A DNA stretch of 64,000 nt from Bacteroidota bacterium (lineage in GTDB: Bacteria > Bacteroidota > Bacteroidia > 2-12-FULL-35-15), in assembly GCA_947469885.1 (NCBI GenBank), contig CANIQT010000016.1:19213-83212 (forward strand). The letters are read 5' to 3'. A program made the position numbers and the translations under genes. Of the stretch, positions 28,667 to 36,853 are shown piece by piece (the first letter of the stretch is position 1; every line of letters starts with the position of its first letter). The notes under the pieces are model-generated. The model had not been told where the DNA came from. It did not search any database and saw only the letters and a program-made list of their open reading frames with translations.

Positions 28667-30699
28667 TACTTCTTAACTGCCACTATTTCTTGTTCTTGCG
28701 GAGTGTTTGTTTTTGAAGTGGTGGTTACATCCAATTTTCTTTCAATGTTAATAATTCTTTTTTCCAGTTGCTTTTTTTGAATTGATAATTCTTCTACCTG
28801 TTTTTTTAATTTTTCAATTTCATTTGTTTTGTCGCTCAGTTCTTTTGTTTTTTGTGCCAATGCCTGAATAGCCAATAAACTGATACCATCAACATCAATA
28901 GTAGTAATAGTAGTATCACTTTCTCCCATTTTAAATGCAGCATATAAATCCTGAGCCATCGGACCGATGTGTCTTATTTTAGCAGCTTGCGATTTGTAAT
29001 TCCATGAGGTTATTTCAATGTTAGAAAGTTTAGCCAACACTTCATCTTTGTCTTCTTTCAAAAAGTTTTCTTTTTTATTTCTATCTGATGTTCCTGACCA
29101 AGCTCCTCCTCCTGGAGGCAACCATTCAGAAGCCAGAGTACTCATTGCTGCACTTGAGTAAAATCTTGTACCACCAGAAGCTCTAACCATAAATTGGTTG
29201 TCTGCTGTTGCTCTTGTAGGGGTATTTGTAGAATCAGAATAAACAAAACAGCCTGTATGAAAGTTGGAGGTTGCTTTGTATCCCATTACAACAGAATAGG
29301 CATATGCTGTATCGTAAGTTCCAAAGGCAAATCCATATTTTCCATAAGTGGTGCTATGATAACCTAAACAAACAGAACCTGTATCTAATGCATTGGCACC
29401 TCTTCCCATTGCAATAGAGTATGGACCGAAAGCATGCGCCACACTTCCTAATGCAACAGCGCTTATACCAGATGCCCAACTTTGAAATCCTCCTGCAAAA
29501 GAATACAAGCCGCTTGCGGTACTTTCCTGACCAAGGCTGGTGGAATAATTTCCTGAAGCCACTGTATTATAATTGGCAGCAAATGAATAATGCCCAACCC
29601 TTGTAGAGTCCCATTGATTTACCAATCCGGTACCTCCTATTCCTCCTGCTCTGAACGCAGCCTTTTTAGGAAACCAAACCATACGTACTCCTGCACCTGC
29701 CGGAGGATTAGCACCAACACCAAAATTACCTTCTGCCAATACTCCATCATTACCAACAATGTGCAAAGATGCTAATGGAGTAGTTGTGCCTATACCTGTT
29801 CTTCCGCCTGCCGTTATTCTCATCCGCTCCGCATTATTTGTTTTTATTACAAAGTCTGCATTGTCGGTTGTACCAATAAAATTAGTAGTTGCATTGGTTC
29901 CTGAATTTCCGGTCAAATTCCAACCGGCAACCGAACTACCACAATTTAAAGCATAAACAGCGGTATCGCAGTAATTGGAATTCTGTGAATTGATAGAAGT
30001 AAGCGAACTATCAGAAAATGCTGATGAATCGGAGTAGTACGAAAAATAAACGGTATCTACTGTTGACAATACATTGGTGGCATACGTAGCAGAATCGGAA
30101 GTGATGGAATGATTGGAACTATATGCAAACAAAGCGGTATCCGAATTATTATCTGGTGCAGGAACCCATAACGAGCCATTCCATTTTAATAAATATCCTG
30201 AGGTAGCTCCAACTGTATCCACATCAATCAAATCATTTAAACGCATAGATTGATTTACTGAATTAGCCGTTTGCGCATTGAGCGCGTAAGGCACCGACCA
30301 AAACTGCATGGTATCAATATCCACATAATTACTGCCTCCGGTAGAATCCATTGCTATTTTTATAATATGAGGGGCTGCCCCCCAGTTGATATTTGAGAAA
30401 GAAGGTTGTGTGCCTCCTCCTGTAGTGGTGCCTTGTCCGATAATAAAATAAAATAATCCCAAAGGGTTGGTAGTAATGTTATGTGTTTCTTCCCACTGCA
30501 AAACACCGTTTGCAGAGTTAGCGTATATCCCCAATTTTACACTTATCGGTAAATTTGAAATAACTGCACCTGACGAATAACGGGCTAATCCCTGGTAGGT
30601 AATGCCCTGTGGTACAGACTGAGCTGTGCTTATTACACTTCCCGCTATAAGCAACAGAAAGAGTAAAAAGTGTTTTGTAATTGTTTTTTTCATTTTCAA
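28666..30699 (-). CDS. Secreted fibre protein with YadA/Hep_Hag-like repeats and C-terminal tail-spike-type intramolecular chaperone (peptidase S74-like) domain plus coiled coil
   Basis: It has a signal peptide (..VISTAQS) and an N-module PQGITYQG...VPYAL. A G/S/A/T-rich repeat follows (GNYSTSLGQESTASGLYSFAGG...). The C-terminus reads GTSDRNKKENF..ITSWNYK..RHIGPMAQD..IDVDGISLLAIQAL, then LKKQVEELSIQKKQLEKRI. Confidence 0.7.
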   Translation of the reverse strand: MKMKKTITKHFLLFLLLIAGSVISTAQSVPQGITYQGLARYSSGAVISNLPISVKLGIYANSANGVLQWEETHNITTNPLGLFYFIIGQGTTTGGGTQPSFSNINWGAAPHIIKIAMDSTGGSNYVDIDTMQFWSVPYALNAQTANSVNQSMRLNDLIDVDTVGATSGYLLKWNGSLWVPAPDNNSDTALFAYSSNHSITSDSATYATNVLSTVDTVYFSYYSDSSAFSDSSLTSINSQNSNYCDTAVYALNCGSSVAGWNLTGNSGTNATTNFIGTTDNADFVIKTNNAERMRITAGGRTGIGTTTPLASLHIVGNDGVLAEGNFGVGANPPAGAGVRMVWFPKKAAFRAGGIGGTGLVNQWDSTRVGHYSFAANYNTVASGNYSTSLGQESTASGLYSFAGGFQSWASGISAVALGSVAHAFGPYSIAMGRGANALDTGSVCLGYHSTTYGKYGFAFGTYDTAYAYSVVMGYKATSNFHTGCFVYSDSTNTPTRATADNQFMVRASGGTRFYSSAAMSTLASEWLPPGGGAWSGTSDRNKKENFLKEDKDEVLAKLSNIEITSWNYKSQAAKIRHIGPMAQDLYAAFKMGESDTTITTIDVDGISLLAIQALAQKTKELSDKTNEIEKLKKQVEELSIQKKQLEKRIINIERKLDVTTTSKTNTPQEQEIVAVKK

Positions 30700-30722
30700 T
30701 TATTATTAAAATATTTTTATCA

Positions 30723-32696
30723 TTATTTTTTGAGCATTGAATTTTCAATGATATCAAGTCGCTTGTTCAAATCATCAAAGTTGTTTATTTCGTCCACTTT
30801 GTTTTTTATTTCATCTAACTCATTAATTGTTTTCAGGTTATTCAATCTTGTGTTTACTCCTTTTATTCCCGCAATGATAATTCCATCTATATCAGTAGTA
30901 GAAATAAACAGTTTGTTTTCGCCCATTCTAAAAGCAGAGTAAAAATCCTGAGCCATCGGACCTATATGGCGAATGCTTCTGTCCTGCGATTTATAATTCC
31001 AACTTGTGATATTTAATTTTGCAATTTTCTTTAAAATTTTCTCACAATCAATTGCTTCAAAATTTTCTTTTTTATTTCTGTCGGATGTTCCTGCCCAAGC
31101 ACCACCACCTGGCGGAAGCCATACCATAGGTCCTGCACCCATTAATGCACTGGAATAAAAAATCACTCCTCCATCTGCTCTAACCTGAAATGATTTTGCA
31201 AGGATATTCGTTAAGGGTAGAGTGGTTGAATTATCAGCAAACGTAAACGAACCATACGCATTGGAAGCTGACACAGCACGGTTACCCATTGCAGTAGAAT
31301 AATGAGCATTAGTTGTACAATTGTTTCCAATACATAATGATACCACACCAACACATTTATTGTTGGTACCCAATGCCACATCTGTGGAAGCATTGGTAAC
31401 ATTGCCTCTGCCAATACTCACCGAGCGAACAGCGGCAGCTACACAACTATCGCCCAAGGCAACACCAGTTACCGCACTGCCCAACACCCCAATGCCACCA
31501 GTAGCAGTTGCCATTGATTTGCGCCCAATGGCAATGGTCCAGTCGCCAGTTACACATTCTCTGCCAGATGAAAAGGAATATCGTCCAGCCTTGTTGTTAT
31601 ATCCCGTGGCAAACGAATAATAACCAATATTTGCAGTATCCCATTGGTTGCCACTTACGCCACCTGCCCTGAAAGCAGCTTTTGCAGGATACCACAACAT
31701 TCGTGTTCCTGCACCCGAAACAGTTGGTACAGGTGATATTAATGTTCCTGTAGCAAGTATTCCATCATTGCCTGCTAGAGCAAGCTCCGCAATGTTTGCA
31801 GAATTGCCCACTGTTACATCTCCGTTGTTTTTTATTTTCCACCGTTCGGTGTTATTTGTTTTCATTATCAAATCAGGTGCATCGTTTGTTCCCAAATATT
31901 TTAATTGTGTGCCAATGCTATTGCCTGTGAGTGTCCATCCCGAAGGAGGAACATTGAAGGCATATAAAGCTATGTTCGCATTATTAGAATGATTTGTATT
32001 ATTTGAAAAACCAGAGTTGTTTGAAAATAACGAACTATCGGTAAAATAAGTAAACAACACGGTGTCGGGGGCGGTGGTGGTAAACACATTATAAGCAGTG
32101 TCGGTTAAGTGAGAGTAGGACGAATTGTAAGCAAAACTAACCGTGTCGTGATGATTGTCGATGCCCGGCACCCAATACGTTCCGTTGTATTTCAATACTT
32201 TGTTTATTGCTATTCCGGTAATATCAACATCGTGCATTTGCCACAAATACATACTGTCAACCGAATTGGTAGTGTTCGCAAAAAAAGCGTAAGGAACAGA
32301 AAACAATTGACTGTTGCCCATGTCCGTAAAGTTAGTGCCCCCTGTTGCATCCAATGATACTTTTAAATAATACATTCCGCCCGACCAGTTTATTTGCGCA
32401 AACGAAGCTGCTGCTCCTGCCCCGGTAGTGCTGCCTGTGCCGATAACAATTTTTATTTTTCCATATCCATCTGTAATAAGTTGATGGTCTTCCTGCCATT
32501 GAAGTATGCCATTAGCAGAGCCTGAATAAAATGAAAAACGAAGTTGAACGGATTGATTGGGAAGTAATACTCCCGCAGCATTTCGTATGATGGTTTGATA
32601 ATTGAAACCCTGCGGTGCGCTCTGTGAATAGGTTTTAAAGGAAATAAAAAAAAGTAAACAAACCGAAACAAAAAAATATTTAAAACTTAATTTCAT
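30723..32696 (-). CDS. Paralogous secreted fibre protein with S74-like C-terminal chaperone domain
   Basis: It has the same architecture as 28666-30699. Motifs are PQGFNYQT...VPYAF, GTSDRNKKENF..ITSWNYK..RHIGPMAQD..TDIDGIIIAGIKG, then a coiled coil. Confidence 0.7.
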   Translation of the reverse strand: MKLSFKYFFVSVCLLFFISFKTYSQSAPQGFNYQTIIRNAAGVLLPNQSVQLRFSFYSGSANGILQWQEDHQLITDGYGKIKIVIGTGSTTGAGAAASFAQINWSGGMYYLKVSLDATGGTNFTDMGNSQLFSVPYAFFANTTNSVDSMYLWQMHDVDITGIAINKVLKYNGTYWVPGIDNHHDTVSFAYNSSYSHLTDTAYNVFTTTAPDTVLFTYFTDSSLFSNNSGFSNNTNHSNNANIALYAFNVPPSGWTLTGNSIGTQLKYLGTNDAPDLIMKTNNTERWKIKNNGDVTVGNSANIAELALAGNDGILATGTLISPVPTVSGAGTRMLWYPAKAAFRAGGVSGNQWDTANIGYYSFATGYNNKAGRYSFSSGRECVTGDWTIAIGRKSMATATGGIGVLGSAVTGVALGDSCVAAAVRSVSIGRGNVTNASTDVALGTNNKCVGVVSLCIGNNCTTNAHYSTAMGNRAVSASNAYGSFTFADNSTTLPLTNILAKSFQVRADGGVIFYSSALMGAGPMVWLPPGGGAWAGTSDRNKKENFEAIDCEKILKKIAKLNITSWNYKSQDRSIRHIGPMAQDFYSAFRMGENKLFISTTDIDGIIIAGIKGVNTRLNNLKTINELDEIKNKVDEINNFDDLNKRLDIIENSMLKK

Positions 32697-32703
32697 TTTC
32701 GGG

Positions 32704-33210
32704 TTACGATTTACTTACTTTAAAGGTTCGGTTGAATTGATTTTTTGCAGAAATAATTCTCACAAAATAAATTCCTGAACTTAGTTTTTCGAAGTTCAGT
32801 TCTCCTGTATATTTCCCCTTATTATTATTTGAAATCATTTCAGTTAATTGTTTTTTGCCTAATACATCAAACACTTCACTGGTTACATCTGAATAATCTT
32901 GCAATTCGAGCAGTACAAACAAATTGCCAGAAACAGGATTGGGATACAAAACACAATTGCCCGAATTTATAACAGTGCCTACAGAAACTGAAAGCGATGG
33001 TTCAGGCTGTACAAATCCGTTGGTCATCATGTTTTGCGCGCCTGTGTAGCTATCACTCATTAGCTCACCAATATTGTATTGAAGCTGCAATGTTCCTGAG
33101 TTTTTATAATTGCCTGTTGAACTAAAATAAGAACTTCGCTCTATGTTTTGTGAAAAAACAAAGACTGAAACATGAAGTAAAACGATAGTGATTATGCTTT
33201 TAAAAGCCAT
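32704..33210 (-). CDS. Small secreted protein with T9SS type-A C-terminal sorting domain
   Basis: It has a signal peptide and a CTD pattern (LYPNPVSGNLFV...DVLGKKQ...LSSGIYFVRI....TFKVSK). Confidence 0.7.
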   Translation of the reverse strand: MAFKSIITIVLLHVSVFVFSQNIERSSYFSSTGNYKNSGTLQLQYNIGELMSDSYTGAQNMMTNGFVQPEPSLSVSVGTVINSGNCVLYPNPVSGNLFVLLELQDYSDVTSEVFDVLGKKQLTEMISNNNKGKYTGELNFEKLSSGIYFVRIISAKNQFNRTFKVSKS

Positions 33211-33258
33211 TATTGGTGTTTATTTATCAGCACAAAAATAAGAAAAGAAATCTAATAT

Positions 33259-33300
33259 TGTTAGTTGTCGGTTGTTAGTTATTAGCTATTAGTTATTAGG
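33259..33300. repeat. Heptanucleotide tandem array (GTTAGTT/ATTAGCT family)
   Basis: Sequence is tgttagttgtcggttgttagttattagctattagttattagg. Confidence 0.7.
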
Positions 33301-33308
33301 ATAGAAAT

Positions 33309-33433
33309 AATTGCCACGACCTTTAGGTCGTGGTTGAATATATTACTTTACTGGCTTTAGCCACAACAAACCTATTTGGCTAAAGCCCAATTTTATAGTT
33401 TTATTTATCCACGACCTAAAGGTCGTGGCAATT
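33309..33433. repeat. REPIN-like inverted doublet of REP units
   Basis: aattgCCACGACCtttaGGTCGTGG ..ggctttagcc.. is followed by its inverted copy ..ggctaaagcc.. CCACGACCtaaaGGTCGTGGcaatt. The units are the same as those flanking rayT at 51265-51823. Confidence 0.8.
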
Positions 33434-33443
33434 AATAGACTTT

Positions 33444-34598
33444 CTACTTTATACTTCTACTCCTCCACTTCTTCCCGAAGGAAATAGATTTTTGTTCAAT
33501 AAAAATATACATGGAATACGAAATAAGAAAAATGATGATGAAGGAAATAGAAACTTTTGCAAGTATATTTATATCGTTCAAGATGCCGCTGTGGGCGGAG
33601 TAATGCGTGATGCTAAAGAATGCAAACATTTCGTGCAAAAAAGTCATGTGTATTAAATAAATACTGTAACTGCACAAACCTATTGCTATCATTGCTTTTG
33701 CAAGCATGCCTGTTACTTTTATTTTTTCGGAAACAATGAACCATTCAAAAAAAGCAAACCACATAAGAGTGGCTATGTGTGCCTGAAAATAACCGGTAAA
33801 CGAAAAATATTTTGATGCAGTTAAAACAAACAGAAAGAGAACACTCACCATTAATCCTTTTTTACCAAAAATGGTTTTGCCGTTGTGATAAGTTTCGGCA
33901 AGCAATGCACCTGCAGCCCATACAAACCAAAGTTTGAAAAGCGACCAGTCGTAACTGTAAGTGGTTCCGAAGTTGTTTGTAATTATTCCTATAATTTGAA
34001 GCACGAGCGACAACACTAAAATCACGAGAAAAGTATTTTTCATGGTCATTTTTTTTCTGAAATAAAGCAGCAACGGATAAATAACATACAACTGCGCTTC
34101 TAACGCTAAACTCCAAAAAGGGCTATCAATAGTAACAATGGTGGCATCCGAAAAATTGTGAAGCAGAAACACGTGAGAGAAAAAATCTATCAACCCTACT
34201 TTTGAAAAGAAATAATACACCAATCCGCGTTTGAAAATGCAGAGAAAAATAAGCACCACAAAATAAGGAGGATAAATGCGCCAAAACCGTTTGCTGTAAA
34301 AGGTGCGGATGTTCATTTTTTCCTTATTATTCAGGTAACTGAGATGAATTAAAAAGCCGGAAATGAGCAAAAACAAATGCACCCCCGACCAGCCAAATGC
34401 AAAGGGATTGAAATTGAGAAAAATGTTTTTTGCACCCTCTATAGCCAGCGTGTGACCATCAGTGTAGGTGGTTGCCGAATAATTGGGAAATAAACAATTG
34501 ATGGAATGAAACAGAAAAACAGCAATAATGGCAACTGCCCTTAGCATATCTACTTTGCTGATATGCGCTATTGCAGTAAGTTCTGTATTTTTATTCAT
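33444..34598 (-). CDS. Acyltransferase family 3
   Basis: It begins KVDMLRAVAIIAVFLFH and is polytopic. Confidence 0.8.
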   Translation of the reverse strand: MNKNTELTAIAHISKVDMLRAVAIIAVFLFHSINCLFPNYSATTYTDGHTLAIEGAKNIFLNFNPFAFGWSGVHLFLLISGFLIHLSYLNNKEKMNIRTFYSKRFWRIYPPYFVVLIFLCIFKRGLVYYFFSKVGLIDFFSHVFLLHNFSDATIVTIDSPFWSLALEAQLYVIYPLLLYFRKKMTMKNTFLVILVLSLVLQIIGIITNNFGTTYSYDWSLFKLWFVWAAGALLAETYHNGKTIFGKKGLMVSVLFLFVLTASKYFSFTGYFQAHIATLMWFAFFEWFIVSEKIKVTGMLAKAMIAIGLCSYSIYLIHMTFLHEMFAFFSITHYSAHSGILNDINILAKVSISFIIIFLISYSMYIFIEQKSISFGKKWRSRSIK

Positions 34599-34685
34599 AT
34601 TTTACGCTTTATTTTGTTTGCAAATCTAAAGGAATATTGTTAGAAATTAATTTTTAATGAAAGAAAATAAAAAAATCTCGTCAAA

Positions 34686-34736
34686 GACCTCACCCCCTAA
34701 CCCTCTCTTTGAAAAAAGGAGAGGGGTGACGGGGTC
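34686..34736. repeat. G/C-rich palindromic intergenic repeat (CCCCTCTCC family), copy 1
   Basis: Sequence is gacctcaccccctaaCCCTCTCtttgaaaaaaGGAGAGGGgtgacggggtc. Related copies lie at 42751-42799 (inverted) and 55738-55786. Confidence 0.8.
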
Positions 34737-34749
34737 TGAAAAAATTTGC

Positions 34750-34786
34750 AAAAAAAATCCCGCCTCAATTTCTCTCAGCAGGATTT
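34750..34786 (-). terminator. Intrinsic terminator after the 34809-35774 gene
   Basis: On the minus strand the sequence reads aatcctgc-tgagagaaattgag-gcgggatt followed by tttttttt. Confidence 0.6.
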
Positions 34787-34808
34787 TTTATCAATTATAA
34801 TTTTGATT

Positions 34809-35774
34809 TTATTCTAAATATTTAGCCACATAGGTAGCATCGTTCACCCTGCTTCTGTTGCGGACAACAAGGATAGGATTTGACAAATCACCATAAGCGG
34901 TTGCAGGTTTTTTTACACTTTTCTCAGGTTTAACGATTACAGTTACTGTTGGCTCATCGCCAATGTTCTCCACCAAATATGCTTCAATATCGGCATTGGT
35001 ACAAGTGTTTTCAATGGTGATGTCTTCGTCTGCACCAAACAGTTTATTTCCTGCCTCCACTTTACTGCTAACTACAATGGTTCCGCTCCTGGTAATATGT
35101 TTTCTGCGAGGAGTAGTGGTTAGCAATGCAAAATCAACAAAAGTAGAGCAGGTATCCACATCGCCCGGAAAAAGACTTGCAATAATATTAATACCATAAC
35201 AAAGGTCCAGTTCAAGGTTTGTGCGGGTATCGTTCCTCTCCTCACGACTAATAGCAACTGTTCCCTTTTTTAGTTCCTGAGCTGTTTTGGAGTTAGACCA
35301 TTGTGTTTTAAAACCCTGAAGCAACGTAGCAAGCGTGGTGCCAAGCGCAGTGGCATTGGCTGTAGCGGCAGTATTTACTTTTGTGGTAAGTGTAATCATA
35401 TCAGCTTGAGTAGCACGGCTGTATTCCGAAATTTTATGATTATAAAACTGCTCGTATGCCGGTGTGGCTCTGCCACCCAAAGCACTGGCAATAAATGGTT
35501 CCTGAGCACTCATCGTGGTTTTAAACAATCTTACAACACCTTCCACTGTCATGGTGGTGCCTCTCTGAAGGGATAAAGCTATTGCTACATCCGATACATC
35601 GCCCGTAAATGCAGGGTAAGAGATAGCCAGTTTGTCCAAAATGGGTTGAAAACGGTCGCCAGTGTTTCCGGCAGTTAGTTTACCAATCATATCGCCTGTA
35701 AAGGTTTCGAGACGGTTGTTGATGATTTTTTCATCATCAAAATGGTTTTTGAAAAAATGTTCTTCTGAAATCAT
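34809..35774 (-). CDS. Hypothetical protein (orphan, Ala/Thr-rich helical N-part, beta-rich C-part)
   Basis: A 321-aa ORF with its own terminator and a 560-bp upstream region. No motif was recognised. Confidence 0.5.
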   Translation of the reverse strand: MISEEHFFKNHFDDEKIINNRLETFTGDMIGKLTAGNTGDRFQPILDKLAISYPAFTGDVSDVAIALSLQRGTTMTVEGVVRLFKTTMSAQEPFIASALGGRATPAYEQFYNHKISEYSRATQADMITLTTKVNTAATANATALGTTLATLLQGFKTQWSNSKTAQELKKGTVAISREERNDTRTNLELDLCYGINIIASLFPGDVDTCSTFVDFALLTTTPRRKHITRSGTIVVSSKVEAGNKLFGADEDITIENTCTNADIEAYLVENIGDEPTVTVIVKPEKSVKKPATAYGDLSNPILVVRNRSRVNDATYVAKYLE

Positions 35775-35820
35775 GATTTTGATTGTTAATGGTTAATTTA
35801 TTAATAGTTAATATTCAATT

Positions 35821-36072
35821 TTTGTATTTATCCTACCGGAAATTTTTCCGATAGGTGTTGTACATGTATTTACCCTACCGGATATTTTTGCGATAGGTGT
35901 TGTACTTTTATTTGCCTTATCGGAAATTTTTGCGATAGGTGTTGTACGTGTATTTGCTTTACCGGAAACTTTTCCGATAGGAGTTGTACATCTATTTACC
36001 CTACCGGAAATTTTTCCGATAGGAGTTGTACGAGTATTTGCTTTACCGGAAACTTTTCTGATAGTTGCCATA
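35821..36072. repeat. Tandem array, 6 x 42 bp
   Basis: Each unit resembles catgtatttaccctaccggaaatttttccgataggtgttgta and contains a small palindrome (cggaaa..tttccg). The array starts 47 nt upstream of the 34809-35774 start codon. An 87-aa minus ORF with a 14-aa period (TTPIGKISGRVN..) can be read through it. Confidence 0.85.
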
Positions 36073-36334
36073 CACTTTTTTCATCCCTCCCCTCTTCCCC
36101 TAAGGGCTAAAACCTAATAATGAGGCTCATAGAGCAAAGTTTAACATTACAATTTTTATAAAGAACAGAGTTGCTGTTATTATTTAAGGCTGCAAATGTG
36201 TTAGATTTTTAGGTAAAATGAAATAGGGCATAAGCTTACATTGTTGATTTCGTAATAGTGTTAGTACGAAACAGGCAATTTGAAATCTAAAAGCCTATTT
36301 AAAAGTATAGCTTTAGAAAAAAATAAATAGAGCT

Positions 36335-36646
36335 ATGGCTAAATTATATGCATCAAATTCGCAATTAGTAAAACTATTAATAGTACTTAAAACGCTGCAA
36401 GATGAATATGTGAGCAAATCGTGTGAAAAAATTATTCTAATTCTTTCGTTCTATAAAAGTACTCCCGATGAATTGGAGTTTCATTCAATGTTTACAAAAA
36501 ACACTGTACATAAATCAATAAAATTTCTGATTTTAATGGACTATATTACTACTCCAGACAAAGGAAAAATAAAAATATATAACCTAACCGAAAAAGGAGT
36601 AAATAAAGCTAATAATCTGATGGAAATAATAAAAGCAAACACTTGA
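36335..36646 (+). CDS. Small putative winged-helix DNA-binding protein
   Basis: A 103-aa ORF. NTVHKSIKFLILMDYITTPDKGKIKIYNLTEKG looks like a recognition helix plus wing. Confidence 0.3.
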   Translation: MAKLYASNSQLVKLLIVLKTLQDEYVSKSCEKIILILSFYKSTPDELEFHSMFTKNTVHKSIKFLILMDYITTPDKGKIKIYNLTEKGVNKANNLMEIIKANT

Positions 36647-36704
36647 GCAAAAAGCAAATTTTACCGTTGTTGGTGTTCATTTAAAGTTAGCAGAAAACAA
36701 GCCT

Positions 36705-36785
36705 TTGTTGGTGTTTTCACCAACAAATGTATGAAAGTAAAAACAGAAATTTTATTTATCGGTTTGTTGGTGAAAACACCAACAA
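36705..36785. promoter_or_regulatory. Pair of perfect 9-4-9 palindromes TTGTTGGTG-N4-CACCAACAA
   Basis: The palindromes are at 36705-36726 (spacer tttt) and 36764-36785 (spacer aaaa). An extra half-site ttgttggtg sits at 36667-36675. They lie between convergent genes and their function is unknown. Confidence 0.4.
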
Positions 36786-36800
36786 AAGCAAAAAACAGAC

Positions 36801-36836
36801 AAAAAAAATCCCCCGAACATTCGGGGGATTTTTTAT
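36801..36836. terminator. Bidirectional intrinsic terminator
   Basis: Sequence aaaaaaaatcccccgaa-ca-ttcgggggatttttt, flanked by an A-run and a T-run. It lies 18 nt beyond the stop of 36854-37339. Confidence 0.7.
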
Positions 36837-36853
36837 AATAAGAAAGCTGTCTT

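Noticed and set aside
29421-31992. Multiple 60-114-aa + strand ORFs antisense to the fibre genes (for example 29421-29606, 29759-29956, 31321-31620, 31648-31992). Similar shadow ORFs lie inside dnaA, the OMP, dapA, the alpha-2-macroglobulin (45120-45478), the TBDR and GH92.
   Set aside because: All are nested antisense or out of frame within long ORFs that have strong family motifs. Their compositions are low-complexity mirror images of the sense frame.
28666-32696. Prophage or phage-remnant interpretation of the two tail-fibre-like genes
   Set aside because: No integrase, terminase, capsid, portal, baseplate or lysis genes occur anywhere in the 64 kb. The genes have Sec signal peptides and sit within a co-directional glycan operon. 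A cellular fibre is more parsimonious, though an ancient phage origin for the S74 domain is likely.
35808-36071. 87-aa minus ORF (MATIRKVSGKANTRTTPIGK...) as a called CDS
   Set aside because: It coincides exactly with the 6 x 42-bp array. Coding cannot be excluded, but it cannot be supported from sequence alone. I report it as a repeat and flag it in the findings.
35821-36072. CRISPR array interpretation of the 42-bp arrays (also 53215-53382)
   Set aside because: The units are directly abutting with no unique spacers, and no cas genes occur in the window.
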